A stretch of 64,000 bases of DNA from an uncultured Acidimicrobiia bacterium (GTDB lineage: Bacteria > Actinomycetota > Acidimicrobiia > Acidimicrobiales > SZUA-35), in the NCBI GenBank assembly GCA_963781035.1, contig CAWAEN010000001.1:35386-99385 (forward strand), given 5' to 3'. Shown one piece after another: positions 14,396-24,563 of the stretch (position 1 is the stretch's first letter; the number at the start of each line of letters is the position of its first letter). The translations under genes and the position numbers were made by a program. The notes beneath the pieces are model-generated. The model was not told where the DNA came from. It did not search any database and saw only the letters and a list, made by a program, of their open reading frames with translations.

Positions 14396-14874
14396 GACAG
14401 AACGCTCCGATCCAGCTGCCCCGTACGCACGAGGCGCTGCCGGTTCGATGGATCGTCGAGTCGGTAGCGACCATGAGCCCACCAGGCGACGGCCAGGGCG
14501 ATCAGCTCGAGAACGACTCCGGTGATCAGCGGTCGATCGAACTCCGGAAGGGAACGCTCGCCGAAATCGAGACCGAATGCAGGCCACCAGAAGAGCTCCG
14601 TCCTCGTCCAGCTTCCGTCAAGCACGAGATGCACGAACAACCCGATCGGAACTCCCAACAGGCGACGACGAACGAGACGTCGCTGCTGTGTGGCCAGCAT
14701 GACGACGGTCATCGCGGCGACGGCCCCCAGCAACGTGTGGAGCATGTTCGGGCCGGTCACGACCTCGGCGATCGGCAGCAGCGCTCCGAGGGCAACGAGT
14801 CGGTAGTCGATCATCGGGCTGCGGAACACCTCGGCGACGAGCACCGGGGCGAGCACGAGGAACCAGATCAGCAC
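14392..14874 (-). CDS. Membrane protein, YdjM-like metal-dependent hydrolase
   Basis: GALLP, LHTLL, HLVLD, LFWWP; overlaps the downstream start. Confidence 0.65.
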   Translation of the reverse strand: MLIWFLVLAPVLVAEVFRSPMIDYRLVALGALLPIAEVVTGPNMLHTLLGAVAAMTVVMLATQQRRLVRRRLLGVPIGLFVHLVLDGSWTRTELFWWPAFGLDFGERSLPEFDRPLITGVVLELIALAVAWWAHGRYRLDDPSNRQRLVRTGQLDRSVLS

Positions 14875-14884
14875 TGCGTGCGCT

Positions 14885-15604
14885 TCAACGGATGAGCAGC
14901 CGACCGCAATCGTCGCAGGTCACGACGGCATCGTCTGGCTGCTTCTTGATGAGATCGATGGCGACCGCCGAGAGCGTCATGTGGCAGCCATCGCATGTCG
15001 AGCCGATGAGGCGAGCAACGGCCACTCCACCGAAGTCGATCCGCAAACGGTCGTAGTGGGTCAGCAGCTCGCTCGGCACCGCACCGGCAGCGTCGGCCCG
15101 CTTCACCTCGGTGTCGGCCAGTTCGACTTCGAGCTCGGCCACCGCCACCGTGAGGGCGGTCTCGCGCTCTTCCCGCTCAGCGGCGAGTTGTTCACGTTCG
15201 GCCACACTCGGTGCCAGTTCCGCCTCGACGGCCTCGAGCGACTCCATGAACTCGAGTTCGTCGTCTTCGATCGCGGTCTTGCGGGCGAGCAGCATCTTGG
15301 CTTCGTCCTGGAGGGCGAGCAGGTCCTTGGTGCCGGTGACAGACCCGTCGTACAGCTTCGCATCGATCTGCGAGCGCTTGTCGTCGATCAGCGCGACCTC
15401 GTCGGCGAGCCGCTTCACGTCGCGTTGGAGATCGTGCCGCCGGCTCTCGATCTCGGCGACCGTCGCGGCGACAGCAGCGATCTTGGCCTCGATCGCGACG
15501 ATCTCGTCCTTGATGGGGTGGTGTGCGATCCGATGACGACGCTGGTCGATGGCTGTGTCGAGGTCCTGCACGACCAAGAGCTGTTCGTAGGCGGGAGCAG
15601 CCAT
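14885..15604 (-). CDS. Coiled-coil protein with C4 zinc ribbon
   Basis: CDGCHMTL...CDDCGRLL after a long coiled coil. Confidence 0.9.
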   Translation of the reverse strand: MAAPAYEQLLVVQDLDTAIDQRRHRIAHHPIKDEIVAIEAKIAAVAATVAEIESRRHDLQRDVKRLADEVALIDDKRSQIDAKLYDGSVTGTKDLLALQDEAKMLLARKTAIEDDELEFMESLEAVEAELAPSVAEREQLAAEREERETALTVAVAELEVELADTEVKRADAAGAVPSELLTHYDRLRIDFGGVAVARLIGSTCDGCHMTLSAVAIDLIKKQPDDAVVTCDDCGRLLIR

Positions 15605-17823
15605 CAGCCGTCGTCCGCCGGAGGGTCGTGGGCGGGGTCGGTGGCAGGCGGAGGCGGTGGCGGCGGAGCGCGTGGTGGCGGAGGCGTGGGCGGAGGAGTG
15701 GCCGGCGGCAGCGTCGTGACCGGCGCGGGGCACACCCCGTCCTCGGGAACGGGTGTGCCGTCAGGGCACGGCAGAGTGGTGGTCGTGATCGGCACGTAGC
15801 AGTCCCCCACACCATCGCCATCGGAGTCGCGCAGCACCGTACCCTCGTTGTCGACACCGATGTCGCTCGTCGAGCAGAAGTCGGTCTCGCCATCGACCTT
15901 CAGATAACGCCCGCCGCCGTAGCCATCGGGATCGGCGAAGTCACGGGCCTCGAGGAGCTCGTGGTAGGCAGTGTTGAATTGTCCCCACACCGCAGCCGGG
16001 ACGGTCCCGCCGAAGATCGTGCCCCAGCCGGCAACCCCCCGCATGGGGATCTTCTCGTCAGGGTGTCCCATCCAGACCGCCGTGGTGACGTATGGCGTGA
16101 AGCCGACGAACCAGGCATCTTCGGAGTTCTGAGCCGTTCCCGTCTTGCCGCCGGCGGCCATCCCGTTGGGCAGGCGGGCCCGCTGACCGGTACCACCACG
16201 CACGTTGCTCTCGAGCGTCTGGGTGATCATCCTGGCGGTCTGCACCGTGACCGCTCGTCGCCCATCCGGGCGGTGTTCGTAGATGACCTCACCGCTGCGG
16301 TCCTCGATTCGGTCGATGTACCAGGGCTTGTTGTAGATGCCGTCGTTGGCCAAGGCTGCATAGGCCGCCGCCTGTTCGATGACACGGACTTCCTTGGAAC
16401 CGAGCGGAAGCGAGAGAACAGGGTCGAGCGGGGTGGTGATGCCCAGGCGACGGGCCACCTCGATCACGTTCTCGTTGCCGACCACCTGACCGAGCCGAAC
16501 GAAGGAACAGTTGTTGGAGGCGCGGGTCGCGGCTGCAATCGTGATGCGGCGACCGCTGCCACCCTTGACCTCGTAGGGGTTGGGGTAACCGCCCGGATTG
16601 TCGAACCTGCACGGGCTGTCGCCCCGAACGGTGTCGCTCGGCGTGTAGCCGGCCTCGAACAGGGCGGCGAGTACGTAGGTCTTCATCGAGGAGCCCGGCT
16701 GCCGCAGACCGTCGACGGCGAGATTGAACTGTTCCGTCGTGAACTCATCGCCGCCGACCATCGCCAGTACCGCGCCTGTCTCGTTGTCGACCGTGGTCAT
16801 GGCCAACGTGAAACCGCGAGAGTCGATCGGCAGGAGGTCGGCCTTGGCCTGCTCTGCCAGTGCCTGAGCGGCGGGATCGAAGGTGGTGTAGACCTGCAGG
16901 CCTCGCGAATAGATGGCGGCGATGCGCTCAGCGGGAGTGTCGCCGATCGGTATCGCCGGGTTCTCCTGCAGTTCCTTCTGCGCTTCGCGCTCGAAGTAGT
17001 CGGACGGCTTCGTGCTGAGCGGTGCGCTGCGCTCTTCGGGGAGCTCGGCGATCTTGATGCGCTCGCCATGGGCTTCGGTGATGAGTTCGAGCGACACGAG
17101 CCGATCGACCACGGTGACTCGCCGGTCTCGCGCCTGCTTCGGGTTGGTCACCGGATTGGTGCTGTTGGGGCTGCGGATGAGACCGGCGAGCAGAGCTGCT
17201 TCTTCCCAACCCATGTCCATCGGGTCCTCGAGACCGAAGTAGACCTCGGCTGCACCCTTCAATCCGTAGGCGCCCTGCCCGAAGTAGACGGTGTTGAGGT
17301 ACCGCTCGAGAATCTCGTCTTTGGTGAACTGCTCTTCGAGCCGCAGGGCGTAGAACGCCTCGGTCTTCTTCCGGTCGAAGCTCTGGTCCGAGCTCAACAG
17401 CGCGTTCTTCACCAGCTGCTGCGTGATCGTCGAGCCGCCCTGCTCGATCCCGCCGGCGCTGATGTTCTGTGCCAGCGCCCGGAAGACGGCCCGGTAGTTC
17501 ACGCCATCGTGCTCGTAGAAATCGTTGTCCTCCATCGCAAGGATCGCCGAGATCACTTCCTGCGGCATCTCGTCCAACGTGATCGACTCGCGATTCTGCT
17601 CGCCGACCAGCAGCGTCATGAAGCTGCCATCGGCGGCGTACATCGTGGACCGCTGAGCGAGGACATCGAGCTCGAGTTCTGCCGACGTACTCTCTGTCGC
17701 GGTGACGACATCGCCGAGTTGCGGGATCACGGCCAGCGCGGCAGCAGAGGTGACCGAGGCAACGGCGATGAGAATCAACCCGAGCGAGGCGATGCGTTGG
17801 ACGACCCTGAGCAGCGTGACCAC
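15604..17823 (-). CDS. Class A penicillin-binding protein
   Basis: EDNDFYEHDG, GGSTITQQLVKN, RKKTE, QPGSSMK, SNN, KTGT; Pro-rich tail. Confidence 0.96.
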   Translation of the reverse strand: MVTLLRVVQRIASLGLILIAVASVTSAAALAVIPQLGDVVTATESTSAELELDVLAQRSTMYAADGSFMTLLVGEQNRESITLDEMPQEVISAILAMEDNDFYEHDGVNYRAVFRALAQNISAGGIEQGGSTITQQLVKNALLSSDQSFDRKKTEAFYALRLEEQFTKDEILERYLNTVYFGQGAYGLKGAAEVYFGLEDPMDMGWEEAALLAGLIRSPNSTNPVTNPKQARDRRVTVVDRLVSLELITEAHGERIKIAELPEERSAPLSTKPSDYFEREAQKELQENPAIPIGDTPAERIAAIYSRGLQVYTTFDPAAQALAEQAKADLLPIDSRGFTLAMTTVDNETGAVLAMVGGDEFTTEQFNLAVDGLRQPGSSMKTYVLAALFEAGYTPSDTVRGDSPCRFDNPGGYPNPYEVKGGSGRRITIAAATRASNNCSFVRLGQVVGNENVIEVARRLGITTPLDPVLSLPLGSKEVRVIEQAAAYAALANDGIYNKPWYIDRIEDRSGEVIYEHRPDGRRAVTVQTARMITQTLESNVRGGTGQRARLPNGMAAGGKTGTAQNSEDAWFVGFTPYVTTAVWMGHPDEKIPMRGVAGWGTIFGGTVPAAVWGQFNTAYHELLEARDFADPDGYGGGRYLKVDGETDFCSTSDIGVDNEGTVLRDSDGDGVGDCYVPITTTTLPCPDGTPVPEDGVCPAPVTTLPPATPPPTPPPPRAPPPPPPPATDPAHDPPADDG

Positions 17824-17861
17824 AGCGGGCCAGGCTACTCAGATGAAGCGCAGAGCGGGTG

Positions 17862-18777
17862 TCAGGTGTTCGCTCTCGAGCGGAAGGGGTCGGCGCCGGC
17901 TGATGCGGCGGCAGCGAACGTGGCCTCCACGAGACCCGCTGACGACATACGTCCCGTGACGGCGAGGCCGAACACGGTGCCCGAGTCACCATTGAGTACG
18001 ACGATCGACACGTGATCATCGCCGACCCGGGTCGAACCGGCGAAGCGAACGTCCATCGGCAGATCGCACAACTCGACCGCTGCCTGGGCGACCGCCCGGT
18101 CTTCGGAATCGGCCACCGAGGCGCCGTGGCGACGCGATGTGCCTTCGACCAGGCGGACATCAGCCAGGAACCGATCCTCCGAGGGTGTGATCAACACTCG
18201 CAACGATGTGGTCTCGGGGATGGACGAATCGATCTCGATGGCCCGGGCGGCGCTCCGAATCAAGCCGTCGAGCTGGGCCGGTTCTTCATCGTCGAAGGGA
18301 CGGGTTCGTACCACGGCGGTGGAAATGACGGAGTCGCTGAGGTGATGGCGAGCGAGCAGCACGCTGTAGCCGCCGACGGTCGCAGACGAGATGTCGTTCG
18401 TCTGGTCGTTCAGAGCAGCCCAGAGCCGCCCGTTGATCTCGAAGCCGATGGGATCGCTCGGTGACCAACTCGAGCTGAGTCGGGTCTGGAGCGGGTCGAT
18501 CGATCCGTCGCTTCCCGAGCGGGCCATGAGCACACCGTCAGCGTTGAATCCGTTGGCGATCGCATCGACGGCCAGTTCGGTCACGAGTCGTCGGATCTCG
18601 GGCGAGTTCCGACGACTCGCTGAGCCGAGTAGCTCGGACACCTCACGAGACGGTTCGTGACCCGCTGCATCGCCGAGAATGCCGCTGAGGCCCGCGACCG
18701 AGGCCGCTGTGCGACGACGATGACCGAGCGTCGGGTTCTGACTCGGCGCCGCGGGCGCCCGGCGAATCGGCAGTCAC
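17862..18777 (-). CDS. Hypothetical protein (GTG start at 18777 after GGAGG; frameshift near 18650)
   Basis: 259-aa ORF plus upstream RBS/start. Confidence 0.55.
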
Positions 18778-18892
18778 GTTGTTCCTCCGTGTGGTGGATG
18801 CGTTGGCATCCATTTCGATATCGCCCGACTCAGACCGTAGCGGATGAGCGGGGCCGCCCGAATCGGCCTCGGGGCCTGAATGATGAGCAACC

Positions 18893-19648
18893 TCACCCGG
18901 TTGGACAGCCGGCGCCGGCGGGGGCCGACGCGGCGCTGCTGCCGCCCTCTATCTCTGCAGACTCGGCGCCGAGCTGACCGAGGAAGGATGCGATTTCGGT
19001 CGAAGGTACGGCGAGTGTGAGACCGGTCGAGCGATCGAAGCCGCTGAGTATGCCGACAACGAACCCATCGAGATCGAACACGGGCCCGCCCGAGTATCCG
19101 CCACGGGTCTCCGCTTCGATCAGCAGGACCCGACCTTCGAAACCGTAGACATCGCCCGGTACCAGCCCGACCACCAACCCGTCCTGCACTTCGATGGCTC
19201 CCCCATCGGCGTGACCGGCGAGGACCACCGGATCTCCGGGTTCAGGCTCGGCCGAAGCCAGGGTGACGGCGACCGCAGGCGGGGCCGCAGCTGCGGCGAG
19301 ATCGGTCGCGCTCGACACTCCGAGCATCGGGACGATCGCCGGCTCGATCGGCTGATCCGCCTTGACCTCGAACGCGTGCTCGACGAGGTGTGCGTTGGTG
19401 ACGAGCGTGTCGTCGACGACGAAACCACTGCCCATCGTCAGGACGCCACAGGCGTTGGTGGCGATCCGAAGCGTCGCCTGCTGCGCCAGCGCCCTCAGCT
19501 CGAGCGGGGACGGGGACGAGGTGTCCGCAGCGGCCGATGACGTGCTGCTCGTGAACCGCAGCGTCAGCCCGAACGCGGCAAGGCAGGCGGCCAGCACACC
19601 AAGCGCGAAGGTCCACTCGTTCCGTGTTGCGTTGCCTCGCTCCCGCAT
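18893..19648 (-). CDS. Trypsin-like serine protease with N-terminal TM/signal
   Basis: GSGFVV, TNAHLV, DLA, GYSGGPV. Confidence 0.9.
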   Translation of the reverse strand: MRERGNATRNEWTFALGVLAACLAAFGLTLRFTSSTSSAAADTSSPSPLELRALAQQATLRIATNACGVLTMGSGFVVDDTLVTNAHLVEHAFEVKADQPIEPAIVPMLGVSSATDLAAAAAPPAVAVTLASAEPEPGDPVVLAGHADGGAIEVQDGLVVGLVPGDVYGFEGRVLLIEAETRGGYSGGPVFDLDGFVVGILSGFDRSTGLTLAVPSTEIASFLGQLGAESAEIEGGSSAASAPAGAGCPTG

Positions 19649-19697
19649 CGAGAGCGACCGTAGATCGAGCCTTTCGGCCCGACATCAGCAATCCGAC

Positions 19698-20117
19698 TCA
19701 GGTGCTCTTGTTCCACTCGGCAGCGAGCCGGGCGTCGTTGCGCAGACGGGCGATGCCGTCGTAGATCGCCGCTTCGAGCGCCGGGCTGATCCGGTGGAAG
19801 ACGATGCCATACAGCACCATGCCGTCGTCGCTGAGCCGCATGTTGCGGACTTCGACGCGTCCCGCCTCGCCGCTGAGGCGAATGTCGACGCGGAGGCCGA
19901 CGTGGATCGCTGTGCTCTCCGGAGCCCGAATGAGAGCCCCGGCAACCGAGAGATCGAGCAGGTCTGCGGTGACCGCCTTCTTCCGGTGTGGCATCCACCG
20001 ACCGCCTTGGGGCGCGAGCCATTCGATGGTGACTCCGGTGACCCGATACCGGACGGAGATCCGCGGTAGGGAGTCAACCCTGGCAAAGGCCTCGGACTGG
20101 CGAACCATTTCCTTCAT
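19698..20117 (-). CDS. Stand-alone PilZ domain protein
   Basis: RVDSLPR, DLSVAGA, YGIVF. Confidence 0.75.
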   Translation of the reverse strand: MKEMVRQSEAFARVDSLPRISVRYRVTGVTIEWLAPQGGRWMPHRKKAVTADLLDLSVAGALIRAPESTAIHVGLRVDIRLSGEAGRVEVRNMRLSDDGMVLYGIVFHRISPALEAAIYDGIARLRNDARLAAEWNKST

Positions 20118-20174
20118 GCCACTGGTTATCGGACCTTGAGTCTCGGACTTGATGGGTTGCTCTACCCTGCCGGC

Positions 20175-21014
20175 ATGGGTCGTCTGCAGAGTTCGTTGGA
20201 GTTGTTCAAGGCGTCGTGGTCGGTGATTCGCCAGGACCGCGAGCTGCTCGTGCTCCCTGTCATCTCCGCCGTTGCTGCGGCAGGCACGATCGCCTTGTTC
20301 GCACTACCGGTGCTGGCCACTGTCGATTTCGACGCGGTTGATGCCACTGGCAACAGCACGGTCGAGGCCAGCCCCATCACCGCTGCTCTCGTTGCCCTCG
20401 CCTATCTGGTGCTCGCGTTCATCACGGTCTTCTTCAATGCAGCGCTGGCTCACGCAGCCAACGAGCGCATGAGCGGCGGCGACCCGACGGTTGGGTCGTC
20501 CATCCGAGGGGCCGCATCGCGGGTCAATCGAATCCTGCCGTGGGCCATCGTCTCGGCCACCGTCAGCTTCATCATCAACCAGATCCAGCAACGAGGCGGA
20601 ATGCTCGGTGGCATCCTCGGATTCCTCGGCGGCCTGGCCTGGTCAGCTGTCACCTTCCTCGTCCTGCCGATCCTCGTGATCGAGGATGTGGGCGTCACCG
20701 ACGCGGTGAAACGTTCAACCGGACTGCTCAGGTCGGCGTGGGGCGAGGGCCTGGCCGGCCACATCGGTTTGGGCCTGATCAGCTTCATCGCCATGATCCC
20801 GCTGGCCATCGTCGGGCTGGTCGGCGTGTCGAGCGGGTCAGCGGCCGTCGCCGTCCCTCTGGTGGCCCTTGCCGTGATCGGCTTCATCGGGGTGATGATC
20901 GTGACCTCAGCCCTCTCGATCGTGTTCCAAACCGCCCTGTATCGCTTCGCCACCAATCAACCGACGGCGTCGTTCCAGCGAGACCTGATGCAGGACGCCT
21001 TCCGCATTCGGTGA
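20175..21014 (+). CDS. Multi-pass membrane protein (DUF6159-like)
   Basis: SWSVIRQDRELL, FFNAAL, AVKRS..W, ALYRFA. Confidence 0.8.
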   Translation: MGRLQSSLELFKASWSVIRQDRELLVLPVISAVAAAGTIALFALPVLATVDFDAVDATGNSTVEASPITAALVALAYLVLAFITVFFNAALAHAANERMSGGDPTVGSSIRGAASRVNRILPWAIVSATVSFIINQIQQRGGMLGGILGFLGGLAWSAVTFLVLPILVIEDVGVTDAVKRSTGLLRSAWGEGLAGHIGLGLISFIAMIPLAIVGLVGVSSGSAAVAVPLVALAVIGFIGVMIVTSALSIVFQTALYRFATNQPTASFQRDLMQDAFRIR

Positions 21015-21082
21015 GTTCAACGGCCGCAGGGCGTAGACAGCGATCGGGTGGCATCGGGAACCGACCTGCTCATCGGTCAGCG

Positions 21083-21800
21083 TCAGCCCGCTGCGGCATC
21101 GGCGGTGCTGTCGATGGGAGCGTCGATGATCTCGTCCTCGGGTGCGGCGGCGTCGTCAGCTTCGGCGTCGTCCGACCCCGACCGGCCCGATTCAGCCCGC
21201 CACTGGGCGATCTCGGCCCGGAGGGCGGCCGCCTCCGCGTCCGGATCATCGAATGCAACTGCGGTCGCAACGGCTGTGTCCGCTGGACGTGCGGGTTCGC
21301 TCTCGACGATGGCTTCGTCCTCGACGATCGCGGGTCCGGCATCGAAGACCTCGACCGATGGTGGCGCCAACGACCCCTCAGCAGACAGACCAGACGCAAT
21401 GGTGACAGGTTCCGAAACCGGGACGGAGTCGGCGCCGCCGACCTCGGCAACCCTGACTTTGGAGAACAGGGCGAAGAAGCTGATGTCGAGCGGAGCCAGG
21501 GCCAGCACGAGTGATGTCAGTCGGTTGCTCTGAGGGGATCTCGACCTCGGACCACGACATGATGGCAACACCCGAGGGCTCGACATCGCAGCCAGGGGGC
21601 AGCAGCACGCTGACCGAGCCGAAGAGGGAGAAGATGTTCATCGTCAGGTCCTCGTCGTCTTCGTCGACGAAGGACCGACTCAGATCGACTGCGCACCGGC
21701 CGAACACGGCGATCACCAGGGAGTCCTCCGCCAGCTTCCATCGCCCTGAGCGAACGGTACGGCCGAGGACCGCAATCACTTTCGATGTGTAGCTCGCCAT
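21083..21800 (-). CDS. LiaF/DUF2154-like protein with acidic tail (frameshift near 21550)
   Basis: RSGRW, AVFGRCAVDL, LFGSVSVLLPPG. Confidence 0.65.
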
Positions 21801-21880
21801 CGCGAAAACCTGCTCTGAGTGGAGTCAAGGCAGCTTCGGAGGCCCCGGGACCGATATGAGCCGATACTGCGACGCGGCTC

Positions 21881-22792
21881 TCAGCCGAGAACCCGTCTCA
21901 CTTCACCGCAGCACTCGATGGTCTCCAATGCCACGGCCTGATCCGAACTCATGTTGCGGACCATGACCTCCTCGACGCCTCGGGCTGCGAACCCTGCCAA
22001 CTCTTCGGCGACGTCAGCGACGCCTCCGTAGACGAGTTGCTCACGCGGCATTCCCCGATAGCCGGTGTCGACCATGGCGTCACCCAGACGACGGGCGCGA
22101 TCCCCGTCGGCGAGGACGATCACGTCCTTGCGAACAATGATGCGTGCCGGACGGTCCTCCTCCACGCAGAATCGCTCGTAGTCGGCCTGCGAAGACGCCA
22201 TCGAGTCCGGCGTCACCGACGGAGTCGTGTACCAGGCGTCGCCGAGCCTGGCGGCGCGACGCAGGGCGACGCCGACACCGCCACCCATCCACCACTCGAC
22301 GCCGTGCGGTGGCAGTGGCGAGATGCGAGCAGCCGACAATCCAAAGCGCTCGCTGTCGACGACTCGCCCGGCCAGGAGCGCCGAGATGACGCGAATGGAC
22401 TCCTCGATGTCGCCACCCCGAGTCGCAAGCGAAGCTCCCATGGCATCGAACTGGACGCTCCCCCTTCCGATACCGGTCTGGATGATGAACGGGACGTCGC
22501 TCATGGTGGCCAGGGTCGCCACCTGTTCAGCCACGAGCACTGGATGCCACAGGGGCAGGAGAAACAGGCACCCGATGGGTCGGGTCGAATCCCATTCGGC
22601 CAGCAGCCGGCCGAGCATCGGAACGTTCTGGTAGTAGGGCGACGACATCGCATGGTGATCGCCCAACGAAAGCGAATCGAGCCCGGCCTCGTTGGCCGTC
22701 CGAGCCCGCTCGATCATGCTTCGGGCACCCGCTGCCGGGCCCGCCCCGTCCCCGTCAGGCCGGCTGGAGCTGAGCGAAATGCCGACACGCAT
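21881..22792 (-). CDS. LLM-class flavin-dependent oxidoreductase
   Basis: GLDSLSLGDHH, HPVLVAEQVATL, LRRAARLGDAW. Confidence 0.9.
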   Translation of the reverse strand: MRVGISLSSSRPDGDGAGPAAGARSMIERARTANEAGLDSLSLGDHHAMSSPYYQNVPMLGRLLAEWDSTRPIGCLFLLPLWHPVLVAEQVATLATMSDVPFIIQTGIGRGSVQFDAMGASLATRGGDIEESIRVISALLAGRVVDSERFGLSAARISPLPPHGVEWWMGGGVGVALRRAARLGDAWYTTPSVTPDSMASSQADYERFCVEEDRPARIIVRKDVIVLADGDRARRLGDAMVDTGYRGMPREQLVYGGVADVAEELAGFAARGVEEVMVRNMSSDQAVALETIECCGEVRRVLG

Positions 22793-22858
22793 GAGGCGCA
22801 GCCTTCCACATCTCCCATGGGTCGTGACACCGAGCGTGTCGGAGTGCCACACTCGGGC

Positions 22859-23716
22859 ATGGCGAAGACCACCGAAGACGCAACCCTCCAACACCTTGCA
22901 GACTGGCCGACACCGGCCGGCGCCGAGCACTACCGATCGGACGGGCGCCTGAAGAAGGCCTACTACGAGAAGCGACTGACCGAGCTGCAGGAAGAACTCG
23001 TCACGCTCCAGCACTGGATCCAGACCAAGGGACTCCGAGTGCTCGTGATCTTCGAGGGACGCGGATCGGCAGGCAAAGGCGGTGTGATCAAGCGGATCAG
23101 TGAACGGACGAGCCCACGGATCGTGCGGACCGAGGCCCTGCCCAAACCGACCGAACGCGAACAGACGCAGTGGTACTTCCAGCGGTACGTGCCCCTCTTG
23201 CCCTCCGGCGGCGAGATGATTCTCTTCGACCGGAGTTGGTACAACCGGTCCAACGTCGAGTGGGTGATGGGATTCTGCTCACCGGAGCAGCACCAGGAGT
23301 TCCTGCGCACCTGCCCCGAGTTCGAACGCATGCTGGTGCGCTCCGGGGTCATCATCGTGAAGTACTGGTTCTCGATCAGCTACGAGGAACAATCTCGCCG
23401 TTTCGCAGCGCGGAATCAGGAGCCCCTGAAGCGCTGGAAGCTCTCCGACATGGACCTCGAGGAGCACCGGCGCTACGTGCGCTATTCGATGGCAAAGGAC
23501 ACGACGTTCCAGCACACCGACATCAAGCAGGCTCCGTGGTTCGTCGTGCCTTCGGACGACAAGCGACGGGCGCGTCTCAACTGCATCAGCCATCTGCTCT
23601 CGGTGATTCCGTACGAGAACCTCGTCCCCGACCCGGTCAAGATCCCGAAGATGAAAGACGAGCCGTACATCCGCCCGCCGATCAGTGAGCAGACGCTGGT
23701 GCCGCTTCTCTACTGA
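22859..23716 (+). CDS. ppk2: Polyphosphate kinase 2
   Basis: FEGRGSAGKGG, QWYFQRY, FDRSWYNR, KRWKLS, KRRARLN. Confidence 0.96.
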   Translation: MAKTTEDATLQHLADWPTPAGAEHYRSDGRLKKAYYEKRLTELQEELVTLQHWIQTKGLRVLVIFEGRGSAGKGGVIKRISERTSPRIVRTEALPKPTEREQTQWYFQRYVPLLPSGGEMILFDRSWYNRSNVEWVMGFCSPEQHQEFLRTCPEFERMLVRSGVIIVKYWFSISYEEQSRRFAARNQEPLKRWKLSDMDLEEHRRYVRYSMAKDTTFQHTDIKQAPWFVVPSDDKRRARLNCISHLLSVIPYENLVPDPVKIPKMKDEPYIRPPISEQTLVPLLY

Positions 23717-23757
23717 TCCATCGATGGGCCCGCTCGCTTCGAGACTTTTTCGCGATC

Positions 23758-23793
23758 GATGAGATATCCGTCGTGGATGAAATATCCGTTGTG
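23758..23793. repeat. Tandem 18-bp imperfect direct repeat upstream of the peroxiredoxin
   Basis: GATGAGATATCCGTCGTG / GATGAAATATCCGTTGTG. Confidence 0.8.
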
Positions 23794-23882
23794 ATCAGGA
23801 CGTTGATTCCTCATTGTCCGTACATTCACCCCGGTACGTTCATGATGTCCGTCGAGCGACGGACCCGACAAAGGATTTCAAC

Positions 23883-24515
23883 ATGAGCCTGCATCTTGGC
23901 GACACCGCCCCAGACTTCACCGCAGATACCACCGATGGCGAGATGTCCTTCCATGCATGGAAGAAGGGCTCCTGGGCCGTCTTCTTCAGCCACCCCGCCG
24001 ACTTCACCCCCGTGTGCACCACCGAGCTCGGCCGCACCTCGGCCCTCCAGGGCGAGTTCGCCAAGCGCAACACGAAGGCAATGGCCCTCTCGATCGACCC
24101 AATCGAGGATCACAACCGCTGGGCGCCCGACATCGGCGAAGTCGGCGGCACCGAACTCAACTTTCCGATCGTGGCCGATCCGGATCGGCGAGTCGCCGAG
24201 CTCTACGACATGATCCACCCCGGCGAGGGCGACACCTCGACCGTCCGCTCGGTCTTCATCGTCGACCCAGCCGACAAGCTGCGGCTCATGCTCACCTATC
24301 CCAAGTCCGTCGGTCGCAACTTCGACGAGATCGTCCGAGTGATCGATGCCCTGCAGGCAACGGATCGAGACTCGATCGCAACTCCGGCCGATTGGCAGCC
24401 CGGAGACCGCGTGATCGTGTCCCCCGGCATGTCGACCGAGGACGCGAAGTCGACATTCCAGAACGTGGTCGAGGTCAAGCCTTACCTCCGCTTCGCTGAC
24501 GCCCCGTCAGCCTGA
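23883..24515 (+). CDS. 1-Cys peroxiredoxin (Prx6)
   Basis: SHPADFTPVCTTELG, GRNFDEI, TPADWQPG. Confidence 0.95.
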   Translation: MSLHLGDTAPDFTADTTDGEMSFHAWKKGSWAVFFSHPADFTPVCTTELGRTSALQGEFAKRNTKAMALSIDPIEDHNRWAPDIGEVGGTELNFPIVADPDRRVAELYDMIHPGEGDTSTVRSVFIVDPADKLRLMLTYPKSVGRNFDEIVRVIDALQATDRDSIATPADWQPGDRVIVSPGMSTEDAKSTFQNVVEVKPYLRFADAPSA

Positions 24516-24563
24516 GCTCGACGGCCAGCGGGCGGCCGAAACCGCACCGCCCCGGCCGAGGAG

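Noticed and set aside
15523..18015. 830-aa plus-strand ORF and similar long antisense ORFs
   Set aside because: Shadow ORFs opposite real genes in GC-rich DNA; no recognisable motifs
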